Part shown: positions 17,028 to 26,800 of the stretch, piece by piece
How the letters are laid out: every line of letters starts with the position of its first letter
How positions within the stretch are numbered: position 1 is the first letter of the stretch
Source of the DNA: Candidatus Zixiibacteriota bacterium
GTDB lineage: Bacteria > Zixibacteria > MSB-5A5 > GN15 > FEB-12
DNA length: 40,135 bases
Direction of reading: 5' to 3'
Assembly (NCBI GenBank): GCA_041742355.1
Contig: JBGSIV010000098.1
Span: 1 to 40,135 of the forward strand
Notes under the pieces: generated by a model
Database searches by the model: none
Told to the model about the DNA's origin: nothing
Seen by the model: the letters and a program-made list of their open reading frames with translations, nothing else
Program-made: the position numbers and the translations under genes

Positions 17028-17063
17028 AACGGCGGAGGCAATTCAGCAGTTGCCTCCGCCGTT
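17028..17063. terminator. Bidirectional intrinsic terminator between convergent OmpA and ArsR genes
   Basis: 14-bp perfect inverted repeat aacggcggaggcaa/ttgcctccgccgtt with 8-nt loop. Confidence 0.8.
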
Positions 17064-17079
17064 TCACATCAAACAGTGA

Positions 17080-17403
17080 TTATGCCTCCATATCTGCTTT
17101 CAATTTGGAAAGCAGCGCCACGGCATTCGTCGCATAGCGGCTGATCCACCGGTCGTAAATCTCCTTGATCGGGGCCACATTCAGGTAGTTCCACCGCATC
17201 CGCCCCTCCCGCCTGACAATCACCAAATCGGCGTTCTCCAGCACCCTCAGGTGCTGCATGACGGTGCACCGGTCATGGCCTTTGAAGCGCTCGCACAACT
17301 CCCCGGTCGTCACGGGCCGGGACTTGAGCATATCCAGAATCCCTCGCCGCGTTTCGTTCGCCAGCGCCTTAAAAACTAATTCTTGCTTTTCCTGTCGGTT
17401 CAT
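17080..17403 (-). CDS. ArsR/SmtB-family transcriptional regulator
   Basis: VFKALANETRRGILDML..TTGEL..VMQHLRVLENADLV..RREGR winged HTH. Confidence 0.9.
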   Translation of the reverse strand: MNRQEKQELVFKALANETRRGILDMLKSRPVTTGELCERFKGHDRCTVMQHLRVLENADLVIVRREGRMRWNYLNVAPIKEIYDRWISRYATNAVALLSKLKADMEA

Positions 17404-17421
17404 GTTATATAAATATAACAT
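17402..17421. promoter_or_regulatory. Operator palindrome in the ArsR/SRPBCC divergent promoter
   Basis: Perfect 9-2-9 inverted repeat ATGTTATAT-AA-ATATAACAT overlapping the arsR start codon. Confidence 0.75.
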
Positions 17422-17450
17422 AAAGAATCGGAAAATGAAAGGAAAATCGT

Positions 17451-17909
17451 ATGAAAAACCCATTTACCGTCCACATCAAGATTCAGAAACCGGTCGCCGA
17501 GGTTTTCGACGCCGTGGTCAACCCGAAAAAGCTCACCGGGTACTTTGTCGGCAGCGCCAGCGCGCCTCTGGTCGAAGGTACAACCGTGATGTGGAGCTTT
17601 GTCGAGCACCCGGGCGAGTTTCCCGTCGAGGTTCGAACGATTGTCCCGAATGAACGAATTGTCCTCGAATGGAACGGCGCCGATTCCAGTTACCTCACGC
17701 AGGTGGAGATGACGTTCAAGCCTGTCGACGACGGTTCAACGGTGGTGGGCATCTCCGAGAGCGGCTGGCGCGATGATGAGAACGGCGTCAACTCGTCCTA
17801 CCGCAACTGCGGCGGGTGGATGCACATGGCCTGCTGCATGAAGGCGTACCTCGACCACGGCATCAACCTGCGCAAGGGTTCGGTCCACCTCGATCCGGCT
17901 CAGCCGTGA
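17451..17909 (+). CDS. SRPBCC / AHSA1-like (START-fold) protein
   Basis: IQKPVAEVFDAVVNP..L..YF, NERIVLEW, GGW..M..CMKAYLDHGINLR; AAAGGA RBS. Confidence 0.88.
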   Translation: MKNPFTVHIKIQKPVAEVFDAVVNPKKLTGYFVGSASAPLVEGTTVMWSFVEHPGEFPVEVRTIVPNERIVLEWNGADSSYLTQVEMTFKPVDDGSTVVGISESGWRDDENGVNSSYRNCGGWMHMACCMKAYLDHGINLRKGSVHLDPAQP

Positions 17910-18165
17910 TACTGCCGCGGCCGATCTCGGTTCGCCCCCCCTCGATGCCCGGCGCGATTTTTGGAGGGCCGGTTGCTCCGCAAACCGCCTGATGTCCGGC
18001 GTGACATGCCCCTGTACCCGGAGCGCAGTCTGCCAATTTTACGTCCCCTGCCACAGCTTCAGGCTCCGATTACCCCTCTTGCGCTCCCCACCCAGAAAAC
18101 CCTATCTTCTTTTCACAATAGCCGATCTGCCTTCTGGGGCTGTACGAGAATACCCGAAGAGAACC

Positions 18166-19563
18166 ATGAGCGCGACATCATATTTGCTCCGAACCGCCAT
18201 CCTCCCCTGGCTGCTTAAGCGCGAAGGGCGCCATTCGGCCCTCGCCCACTGGCACGATCTCGAGGCCAGCCAGTACTGGTCGCCGCAACAACTGCTCGAC
18301 CACCAGTGGCAGCGCCTCACTGCGCTTCTGACGCACGCTTACGAAACCGTGCCCTACTACCGCCGATTGTTCGATGAGCGAGGCCTCACGCCCGCATCGT
18401 TCAAGTCCTTCGATGACCTCCGCCTAATTCCGGTGCTCACCCGCGACATGATACGAGCCCACACCGACGAACTCTTCTCCAACCGCTATCGCAAATCCGA
18501 GCTGCAGGAATTCGGCACCGGCGGCACGACGCGACGGCGCATGTTTTTCTACCGCGATCAGGAGAGCTACAATATCAAGCTCGCCGCGGCGTGGCGTTTC
18601 GAGGGCTTCATGGGCCGCAAACCGGGTGACAAGATCTGTTTCGTCTGGCCCGCCCATATCGATATCGGCCCCAAAGAACGTCTCCGCGCCCGTCTCAAGA
18701 ACCGCTTCCTGCTGCGCGAACTCATGTTTTTTGCGGGCGCTCCCTCGGAAGAACTCCTGCATCTATACTACCGTCAGCTCAGTTCGTTCCGGCCGCGCTA
18801 CCTCAAGGTTTTCCCCAATGCCCTCTTTCGTTTCGCCGAATTCCTCCAGGCCAACCGGCTCCAGCCGCCGCCGATCAGCGCCATCATGGCTACCGGCGAA
18901 ATCCTTCAATCCTACCACCGGGAGAAGTTCCTCGAGGTCTTCGGTGCGCCCACGTTTAACATGTACGGCTCCCGCGAGGTCGGCAATACCGCAAGTGAGT
19001 GCCCGCACCGCACCGGCCTGCATATTGCGCAGGAGACGTCGTACGTCGAATTCATCGCCGATGGCAAGCCCGCCCCCGATGGCGCAGAGGGGGAGCTGTT
19101 TGTCACCGACCTGACCAACTACGGTTCCCCCATGATCCGCTACGCGATCGAGGATTTCGGCTGCCGTCTCCCTTCCGCCTGCGCGTGCGGGCGGACATTG
19201 TCGCTCATGAGCCCCGGCGTGGGGCGGATGCTTGATCGGTATGTCGCCCCCGATGGCACCCGTCACTCGGCCCTGGCCCTCTCGGCCACCATTGCCGAGT
19301 ACGGCCCGCCATTGGGGCAGATCCAGTATACGCAGAAGTCGTTGTCTCATTTCCACTTGAAAGTCACCAACGACCCGCCCGTGACCCCCGAAATCGAAGC
19401 TCACATCCGGTCGGTCATCCATCAGCTCGTTTCTCCTGGCCTTGAAATCACGATTGAAGCAGTCGACCGCCTTCCTCGTGAACCATCGGGCAAAATCCGC
19501 TACTTTATCTGTGAGGTCGATCAGCCCGGGGTAATCCCGGATCCCCAGGCTCCACAAAGATAA
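18166..19563 (+). CRISPR. PLACEHOLDER
   Basis: Entry error; disregard. No CRISPR array is present here, see the CDS call with the same coordinates. Confidence 0.
18166..19563 (+). CDS. Phenylacetate-CoA-ligase (PaaK/CapK)-like adenylate-forming protein
   Basis: HAYETVPYYRRLF, IPVLTR, ATGE, NMYGSRE, TDLTNYGSPMIRY, SGKIR. Confidence 0.85.
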   Translation: MSATSYLLRTAILPWLLKREGRHSALAHWHDLEASQYWSPQQLLDHQWQRLTALLTHAYETVPYYRRLFDERGLTPASFKSFDDLRLIPVLTRDMIRAHTDELFSNRYRKSELQEFGTGGTTRRRMFFYRDQESYNIKLAAAWRFEGFMGRKPGDKICFVWPAHIDIGPKERLRARLKNRFLLRELMFFAGAPSEELLHLYYRQLSSFRPRYLKVFPNALFRFAEFLQANRLQPPPISAIMATGEILQSYHREKFLEVFGAPTFNMYGSREVGNTASECPHRTGLHIAQETSYVEFIADGKPAPDGAEGELFVTDLTNYGSPMIRYAIEDFGCRLPSACACGRTLSLMSPGVGRMLDRYVAPDGTRHSALALSATIAEYGPPLGQIQYTQKSLSHFHLKVTNDPPVTPEIEAHIRSVIHQLVSPGLEITIEAVDRLPREPSGKIRYFICEVDQPGVIPDPQAPQR

Positions 19564-19566
19564 TCC

Positions 19567-19594
19567 TTGGATTTTTTCGGTTTGGATGTATAAT
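19567..19594 (+). promoter_or_regulatory. Putative sigma70 promoter for typA
   Basis: TTGGAT-N16-TATAAT. Confidence 0.45.
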
Positions 19595-19743
19595 GTCAGT
19601 CTATGGCAAGTTTGACCCGGTGCGGCAGAATGCCGGACCGGGTTCTCTTTTGTACGAATCCCGCCCAATCCCTAAGAGGACGGCGCACGCGTGACGATTA
19701 ATGAGTGGGAACCAACCCGCTCGACATGAGGTTCTTTCGCTCT

Positions 19744-21657
19744 ATGATACCAGTTGACCGCATTCGCAATCTGGCCATCGTGGCTCACATCGACCACGGC
19801 AAGACCACCCTGATCGACTCCGTCTTTCGGGCCACCCGGACCTTCCGCGACAACCAGCAGGTTGCGGAACGGCTCATGGACAACAACGACCTCGAACGCG
19901 AACGGGGCATTACAATCCGGGCCAAGCACTGCACGGTCACCTGGAACGACTACCTGATCAATATTATCGATACGCCCGGCCACGCCGATTTTTCGGGCGA
20001 GGTCGAGCGCGTCCTCTCGATGGTTGATTCTGTTCTGCTGCTGGTCGATGCCAACGAAGGCCCCATGCCGCAGACCCGCTATGTCCTCAAGCGCGCGTTG
20101 CGGCTCGGCCTTCGGCCGATCGTGATCATCAACAAGGTCGATCGCCCCAATGCCCGCCCCGACTACGCCCTGAACAAGACATTCGATCTCTTCATAGATC
20201 TCGGCGCCACCGATGCCCAGGCGCATTTCCCGGTCCTCTACGGCTCCGGACTCGACGGCTGGATGGTTCGCAACCTCGAAAAGGACGAGCCCGGCAGCAT
20301 GGACTCACTCTTCCAGACCATCGTTAGCGAGGTCCCGCCGCCCAGAGTCGATCAGGACGGCCCCTTCCTCATGCAAATCAGCACGCTCGCCTGGAGCGAC
20401 TATATCGGCCAAATCGGCTGCGGTCGCGTCCTGCGCGGCGCGCTCGACAAGGGGGATGTCTTCTCCCGCTTTGTCACCCGCTGGAAGGACTCCGCGAACC
20501 AGGATCTTGGCTACGAGCCGGTCACTTCCTCCCGCGAGAAAGGCGTCCACCTCTGGGTCACCCGGGGCCTGAACCGCGTCGAAACCGACCGCATCACGGC
20601 CGGGGACATTATCTGGATCGCCGGGCCGAGCGAAATCAGCATCGGTGACACCTTCTCAGCGCTGGAAGAACCGATTGATGTTCTGCCGCCGCTGGAGATC
20701 GAAGAACCCACGGTCTCGATGTTCTTCCTTGTCAACACCGGACCGTTTTCGGGCGAGGATGGCACCGCGATCATGCTCCGCCAGCTCAAGGATCGCCTCG
20801 GGCGCGAGCTGCGAGTGAATGTCGCCCTGCGCATGGAGGATATCGGCCGCTCCGACGGCGTCAAAGTCAGCGGCCGCGGCGAACTCCACCTCGCGATTCT
20901 CATCGAGGAAATGCGTCGTGAGGGACTCGAATTCTGCGTTTCCCGCCCGGAGGTTATTACCCATACCGATGCCGACGGCAATCTTCTTGAACCGTCCGAG
21001 CAGCTCATCATCGATGTCCCCGAGGAGTACCAGGGGATCATTATCGAGAAGATGGCCCGCCGCAAAGGGGAGCTGCGCACGATCGAGAATGCCGGCACGA
21101 ATACAATTCGCATCGAATTTGAAATCCCAACGCGCGGCCTGATCGGCTACCGCAACGAATTCCTGACCGACACGCGCGGAATGGGCATTATGGCCTCCCG
21201 CTTTGTCGGCTACGGTCCGTGGCGGGGCGAAATCGCCTCGCGCAACCGTGGTTCAGTCATCAGCATGGATACCGGCCCGGCCACCGCCTACGCCATCGAA
21301 GGCTTGCAGGAGCGCGCTGTTATTTTTGTAGAACCGACCGAGCGCGTTTACTCCGGCCAGATTGTCGGTGAGAACTCGCGTCCCGATGACCTTCCGTGCA
21401 ACCCGACCCGCCGGAAGAACCTGACCAATCACCGCTCGTCGACCAAAGATATCGGCGTGACGCTGGATGTCCCGCGCAAGATGACCCTCGAGCAGGCGAT
21501 TGAGTGGATCGGCCCCGATGAACTGGTTGAGGTCACGCCCAAGGCGATCCGGGTGCGCAAGGCGATCCTCGATTCCGAGCAGCGTAAACGGGCCGAGAAG
21601 CGTCAGGCGCTCGCCGGGCAGAACCTGTCCGCCGCGACTCCGCCCCCGGCTGCGTAA
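19744..21657 (+). CDS. typA: Translational GTPase TypA/BipA
   Basis: [77 protein letters not shown]. Confidence 0.97.
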   Translation: MIPVDRIRNLAIVAHIDHGKTTLIDSVFRATRTFRDNQQVAERLMDNNDLERERGITIRAKHCTVTWNDYLINIIDTPGHADFSGEVERVLSMVDSVLLLVDANEGPMPQTRYVLKRALRLGLRPIVIINKVDRPNARPDYALNKTFDLFIDLGATDAQAHFPVLYGSGLDGWMVRNLEKDEPGSMDSLFQTIVSEVPPPRVDQDGPFLMQISTLAWSDYIGQIGCGRVLRGALDKGDVFSRFVTRWKDSANQDLGYEPVTSSREKGVHLWVTRGLNRVETDRITAGDIIWIAGPSEISIGDTFSALEEPIDVLPPLEIEEPTVSMFFLVNTGPFSGEDGTAIMLRQLKDRLGRELRVNVALRMEDIGRSDGVKVSGRGELHLAILIEEMRREGLEFCVSRPEVITHTDADGNLLEPSEQLIIDVPEEYQGIIIEKMARRKGELRTIENAGTNTIRIEFEIPTRGLIGYRNEFLTDTRGMGIMASRFVGYGPWRGEIASRNRGSVISMDTGPATAYAIEGLQERAVIFVEPTERVYSGQIVGENSRPDDLPCNPTRRKNLTNHRSSTKDIGVTLDVPRKMTLEQAIEWIGPDELVEVTPKAIRVRKAILDSEQRKRAEKRQALAGQNLSAATPPPAA

Positions 21658-21680
21658 GCCTAAGGCAGTTCTTGTTATAC

Positions 21681-21704
21681 GCTGCGGGCGATAATGCCCG
21701 CAGC
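21681..21704 (+). terminator. Hairpin after typA (possible terminator, no U tail)
   Basis: gctgcgggc-gataat-gcccgcagc, 9-bp perfect stem. Confidence 0.45.
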
Positions 21705-21730
21705 CGTACCACTTTCCGCTGCACTTTCCC

Positions 21731-21761
21731 TTGCCGAATCTCGATAATTTTGGTATATATT
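21731..21761 (+). promoter_or_regulatory. Putative sigma70 promoter for the leader-czcBA operon
   Basis: TTGCCG-N17-TATATA with an extended -10 TG. Confidence 0.5.
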
Positions 21762-21809
21762 ATTGTCGCTGAAGGCAACCACGGCAGTTGAACACCTGTT
21801 TAAGGCAAT

Positions 21810-22136
21810 ATGACCGGCAAGAAGCTGACAAGGACCCTCGCCACGATTCTCCGCACCGGCATCCTCCTGTTGCTGGCCTGTGCCTCGGTCGGCTTTGCAG
21901 CCACTGACCTGATCGCCATGTCCTGCGAGGAATGCCACGACGATCACTGCAACGAGTCCGACGAGAACTCCTGTGCCTGCCTGCACGCCCATTTCACGAT
22001 CAATACACTCCCGGCTTTGTCGGCTGAGTGGTCCTATGAACCGACCTCGCCCTCCTCGGCACCCCAGCCCATCGCACAGGATGCCGAGCAGGAGTGGTTC
22101 GACGCTATCGATCATCCTCCTCAAATACTCCACTGA
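21810..22136 (+). CDS. Small exported Cys/His-rich leader protein (DUF2946/CzcI/CutF-like architecture) ending in DHPP
   Basis: Basic N-terminus plus hydrophobic signal, CEECHDDHC...CACLHAH, Pro/Ser linker, C-terminal IDHPPQILH; first gene of the metal efflux operon. Confidence 0.75.
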   Translation: MTGKKLTRTLATILRTGILLLLACASVGFAATDLIAMSCEECHDDHCNESDENSCACLHAHFTINTLPALSAEWSYEPTSPSSAPQPIAQDAEQEWFDAIDHPPQILH

Positions 22137-22274
22137 GAGATTCGGACCGGCCTCCCGGCCGCGCTCTTCCCTGGCCAGTGACCGCGAAGACCACGGGGCA
22201 GTTATCTGTTCGGTTTGACCTCGGCTGCCGCCCGATCCCTTCGCGATGGGTACTATGAACCTTAGTGGAGATTT
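22123..22274 (+). promoter_or_regulatory. RBS-sequestering mRNA structure between the leader ORF and czcB
   Basis: AAAT-A-CTCCACTGAG (22123-22137) pairs with CTTAGTGGAG-ATTT (22261-22274), which contains the GGAG SD. Inner stems: CGCGAAG/CTTCGCG (22183-89/22239-45) and GGCAG/CTGCC. Confidence 0.7.
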
Positions 22275-22280
22275 CCGACT

Positions 22281-23813
22281 ATGCGCCTCTCACACCGCAA
22301 GCACATCTTGTTTGTCGCCCTGATCGCCCTCCTTGGCTACGCCGCTTTTGGATGCGGCAACGATCAGACGACCGATACTCACACGTCATCGGCCGAAACC
22401 GGTCATGAGGGGCACAATCACGCCCCCGGCGAGCACGGCCAATCCGCTGCACCTCCGGCCGGTTATGTCGCCGCCGTCGACTGGTGTGCCGAACACCGTG
22501 TCCCCGAGTCCGAATGCACCCTGTGCGATCCAGCGCTCGTCGAGAAATTCAAGGCCGCGAATGACTGGTGCGCCGGCCACAACCTTCCCGAGTCCCACTG
22601 CCGCCTCTGCAACCCGGGTATCTCATTCCCGCAGGAGGCTGCGCTGAGTGTCCGTACCACTGAGTTAGCTGCCGATGAAATTCATGTTTCTCTTTACTTC
22701 CGGCCGAATGCCGCTGTCTGCGCCACCAACGACGCCCTGATCCAGTTCGCCTCGGCTCAGACCGCGGAGCGCACCGGCCTCTCGGTCCAGCAGACGCGGG
22801 CCGCACTGCGTGAGGGGGCGATCGAAGCTCCAGCGGAAGTGAAGTTCGACGAGACTAAAGCGTCGGTCATTACCTCGACGGTCCCCGCCCTGGTTTCCCG
22901 GTGGCTCGTGGCCCCCGGTGAATCGGTCAAAGAAGGAGATATCCTCGCGATCGTGCAATCCCCGGAGATCGCCGCCCTCGAGGCGCGCCTCCTTTCGGCG
23001 TATGCCGCGTACGATGTCCAGGAGAAGGAGATTGCCCGCTTTCAGTCCCTGAAGGATCGCAAGCTGATCAGCGACGCCGACTTCGAGCGCCAGAACGCGC
23101 TGGCCGAGCAGACCCGCGCCGAGTACATCAGCCTCCGTGGTCTGCTCAAATCGGCCGGGCTTAACGAAGCCGATCTCGACGATATCATCGAACACCGCAA
23201 AGTCACCAATCAATTCGGCCTTCGCGCTCCCGCGAGCGGCCTTTTGGTCGAACGCATAGCCCAAGTCGGCGAACTGCTCGACGCGGGGCGCGCTTTCGCC
23301 ATGCTTGCCGATCCGTCGGCAATGTGGATTGAAGCCAGTCTCACCGAGCAGCAGCTCCGGCAAGTGGAGGTCGGGCAGACCCTCACGTTCGCTTCCGATG
23401 GCCGAGGCCTCGATCGGATCGGCGGCAAGATTATCTGGGTGTCCCGCGTCCTTGATCCGCACACCCGCACCGGCACGGTTCGCGCCCGCGTGATTGACCC
23501 AGCCCACCATCTGCAGGCCGGGGAATTCGGCCGCGCGCACATAATGAGTCAGGATGAGCACGAGGTGGTCCTTGTCCCGCGCGACGCTGTTCAGTGGGAG
23601 GGCTGCTGCAATGTCGTCTTCGTCCGCGAAGCCCCGGACCGCTTCCGCCCGCGTAAGGTCGAACTCATCGACGGCGACGGCGGCTACTACCAGGTCACCG
23701 GCGGCCTCCATCCCGGGGAGGATGTCGTCGTCAACGGCGCGTTCCTGCTCAAGACGGAACTGAAGAAGACCAGTATTGGCGCCGGCTGCTGCGGCCTCGA
23801 ATCGGCCGGGTGA
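22281..23813 (+). CDS. czcB: Heavy-metal RND efflux periplasmic adaptor (CzcB-like lipoprotein) with extra N-terminal Cys/His domain
   Basis: Lipobox AFGC; barrel-sandwich hybrid (VAPGESVKEGD), LRAPASG, LDPHTRTGTVRA, VPRDAVQ, GLHPGEDVVVNGAFLLK. Confidence 0.9.
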   Translation: MRLSHRKHILFVALIALLGYAAFGCGNDQTTDTHTSSAETGHEGHNHAPGEHGQSAAPPAGYVAAVDWCAEHRVPESECTLCDPALVEKFKAANDWCAGHNLPESHCRLCNPGISFPQEAALSVRTTELAADEIHVSLYFRPNAAVCATNDALIQFASAQTAERTGLSVQQTRAALREGAIEAPAEVKFDETKASVITSTVPALVSRWLVAPGESVKEGDILAIVQSPEIAALEARLLSAYAAYDVQEKEIARFQSLKDRKLISDADFERQNALAEQTRAEYISLRGLLKSAGLNEADLDDIIEHRKVTNQFGLRAPASGLLVERIAQVGELLDAGRAFAMLADPSAMWIEASLTEQQLRQVEVGQTLTFASDGRGLDRIGGKIIWVSRVLDPHTRTGTVRARVIDPAHHLQAGEFGRAHIMSQDEHEVVLVPRDAVQWEGCCNVVFVREAPDRFRPRKVELIDGDGGYYQVTGGLHPGEDVVVNGAFLLKTELKKTSIGAGCCGLESAG

Positions 23814-23817
23814 CGCC

Positions 23818-26800
23818 ATGCTGAAACATATTGTCGAATCCATCCTGCGCTATCGCCTCGTGGTGCTGGCGCTCGCCGGCGTCATGTGCATCCTTGGCGG
23901 CATCGCGCTGTGGAACCTCCCCTTTGACGCCTTCCCGGACACGACGCCGGTGCTCGTGCAGGTCAATGTCTCCGCGCCCGGCTGGGCGCCCGAGGATTTG
24001 GAACGCCTCGTCACCTATCCGCTCGAACAGGTTCTTACCGGCCTGTCCGGCCTGGAGGAGGTCCGTTCGGTCACCAAGTACGGCCTCTGCCAGATCACCA
24101 CGATTTTTGACGACGATGCCGATCTGTACCTCGCCCGCCAGCAGGTTTCAGAACGCCTTCTTGCGGCGGAACTGCCCGACGGTGTCGGCGCTCCGCAGCT
24201 CGGCCCGGTTTCGACCGGCCTCGGCGAGATTTTCCACTACATCGTTGTCAGCGAATCCGAGGACCTTACTGACCCGCGCACGGTGCAGGACTGGATAGTC
24301 AAGCCGCAACTGCAGGCGGTCCCGGGTGTCGCCGAGGTCAACAGCTGGGGTGGTTTCGAGAAGCAGTACTTTCTCCTGTTCGATCCCGATCGCCTCGCCC
24401 GCTACAATCTCTCGCTGAATGAAGTCGTCGCGTCGGTGCGCGACGATCTCGGCAATGTTCCCGGCGGCCAGATTGTCCGGGGCGGTGAGATGACGATCAT
24501 CCGCGGCATCGGCCAGGTCGAATCGATCGATCAGATAAAGAGCATTGTCATTGCTGCCCCGGAAGGCACGCCGATCACGGTCGCCGACATCGGAGATGTC
24601 ATCATCGGCCATGAACTTCGTCTCGGCGCGGCCACCTACAACGGGAAGGGGGAGGCGGTCCTGGGCCTCGGTTTCATGATCACCGGGGAGAATCCCGCCG
24701 CCATCACTGAGCGCATGGCCGAGCGTCTCGAAGAAGCCGCGCCGACCCTGCCCGAGGGGGCGAGCGCGTTCCCCGTGTACGAACGGACGAAGCTGGTCAA
24801 GGAAGTACTCTCCACCGTCGAGCACAACCTCTTCTACGGAGCGATCCTCGTTGTCGCGGTCCTCTTCTTTTTTCTCGGCAATCTGCGGGCCGGTCTCATT
24901 GTGGCGTCGGCCATACCGCTCTCGATGCTCTTCGCTTTCGATCTCATGTCCCGTGCCGGGATTACCGGGAGTCTTATGAGTCTCGGCGCGATCGATTTTG
25001 GCCTCGCGGTCGACAACGCCGTCATCCAGGTGGAGAATTCTGTCCGTCGCCTCTCCGATGCCCAACCCGCAGCCAATCGCATGGAGGTTATTCGCGACGC
25101 GATCCTTGAGGTGCGCAAACCGACTCTCTTCGGCGAACTGATTATCATCATAGTCTATCTTCCTATCCTCACGCTGCAGGGGGTTGAAGGCAAGCTGTTC
25201 CGCCCGATGGCCCTCACCGTGGTCTTTCTGCTAACCGGGTCGCTGCTGCTCAGTTTCACGGTTCTTCCGGCCCTGATCGGCACCTTCCTCACGAAGAAGG
25301 TCAGCGACCGTGAGCCCCGCTTTGTCCACTGGTTGCGCCGCCTCTACGAACCGCTCCTCGACCGAGCGTTGCGCCACAGCCGCGCGATCATTATCGGCGC
25401 TCTCGTGCTCGTGATCGCCGGGGGACTTCTCTTCACCCGCCTCGGCTCCGAATTTGTCCCGCGCCTCTCCGAGGGCACGATAGTTATCAACCTGGTCCGG
25501 CTTGCCGGTATCTCGCTTGATGAATCGGTCGAGTACAACACCCGTATCGAGCAGAACCTGCTGGCAGCTTTTCCCGACGAAATCGAGCACGTGTGGACCC
25601 GAGTCGGCACGGCCGAGCTCTCCACTGATCCGATGGGTCTCGAATTGTCCGACATGTTCATGTCCCTTTACCCGAAAGAGCAGTGGACCCGGACTGACAA
25701 TCAGGCCGAACTCGTCGCTCTGATCGATTCCACACTGGCCGAGCTGCCCGGCCAGAATCGCGTGTTCACTCAACCGATCGAGATGCGTGTCAACGAGATG
25801 ATCGCCGGCATTCGCGGCGATGTCGGCATCAAGCTGTTCGGTGCGGATCTCGCTGTCCTCGAAGCGAGGGCCGAGGAGATCGCCGCGATGGTCGAGACTA
25901 TTCCGGGCGCCGCCGATGTTTCCATAGAGCAACTGACCGGTCAGCCGCAGCTTCGCCTCTCGGTCGACCGCGACCGCCTCGCCCGATTCGGCCTGACTGC
26001 GCGCGAAGTCCTTACTGCCATTGAGAGCATCGGCGGTATCGAGGTTGGCGACGTTTTCGAGGGGACCCGCCGGTTCGATCTCCTCGTGCGCATCGACACC
26101 ACCCGCCTCGGCGGTCCTGAGGATATCGGCAACATCCTGGTCCGTTCGGCCAACGGGAGCCTGGTCGGCCTCGATCGCGTCACCACTGCGGTTCTCGATG
26201 AGGGGCCCGGGACGATCACCCGCGAGTGGAGCACGCGCCGGATAGTGATCCAGTCCAATGTCCGCGATCGCGACCTCGGTTCGTTCGTGGCCGAGTTGCG
26301 CGAGCGTTTGGACAAGGAAGTTCCGCTCCCGGAGGGTTACTTCATCCGCCTCGGCGGCCAGTTTGAAAATCTCGAACGGGCCCGGACGCGTCTGGCGATT
26401 GTGGTGCCGATTGCGTTGCTGTTGATTTTCGGTCTGCTCTACTGGACGTACCACTCGGCCCGGGACGCCGTGTTGATCTTCTCCGGCGTCCCATTGGCCG
26501 CGCTGGGCGGGATTGTCACGCTTGCCCTGCGCGGGATGCCTTTCTCGATTTCGGCCGGAGTCGGTTTCATCGCTCTCTCCGGTATCGCGGTCCTCAACGG
26601 TCTGGTGCTGGTATCGACGATCAAACTGCTGCGTTGCGAGGGTCACGATATCGTGGCCGCCGTTCGCCAGGGGGCGCTCACCCGCCTGCGTCCGGTCTTC
26701 ATGACCGCGCTGGTCGCCGCCCTGGGCTTTGTCCCGATGGCCCTCTCGACGGGTGTCGGGGCCGAGGTTCAGCGCCCGCTGGCCACCGTGGTCGTCGGCG

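Noticed and set aside
18166..19563. Zero-confidence CRISPR-typed placeholder entry in the feature list
   Set aside because: Entry error; the region is a PaaK-like CDS with no repeat array.
21924..21938. CEECH as a c-type heme attachment motif (small cytochrome c)
   Set aside because: No cytochrome-like fold or context; extra Cys/His residues and the position in a metal efflux operon favour metal binding. Not fully excluded.
22137..22280. NiCo (czcD) riboswitch upstream of czcB
   Set aside because: I could not find the conserved NiCo four-way-junction sequences; the structure is better explained by anti-SD pairing with the leader ORF. An Rfam scan would settle it.
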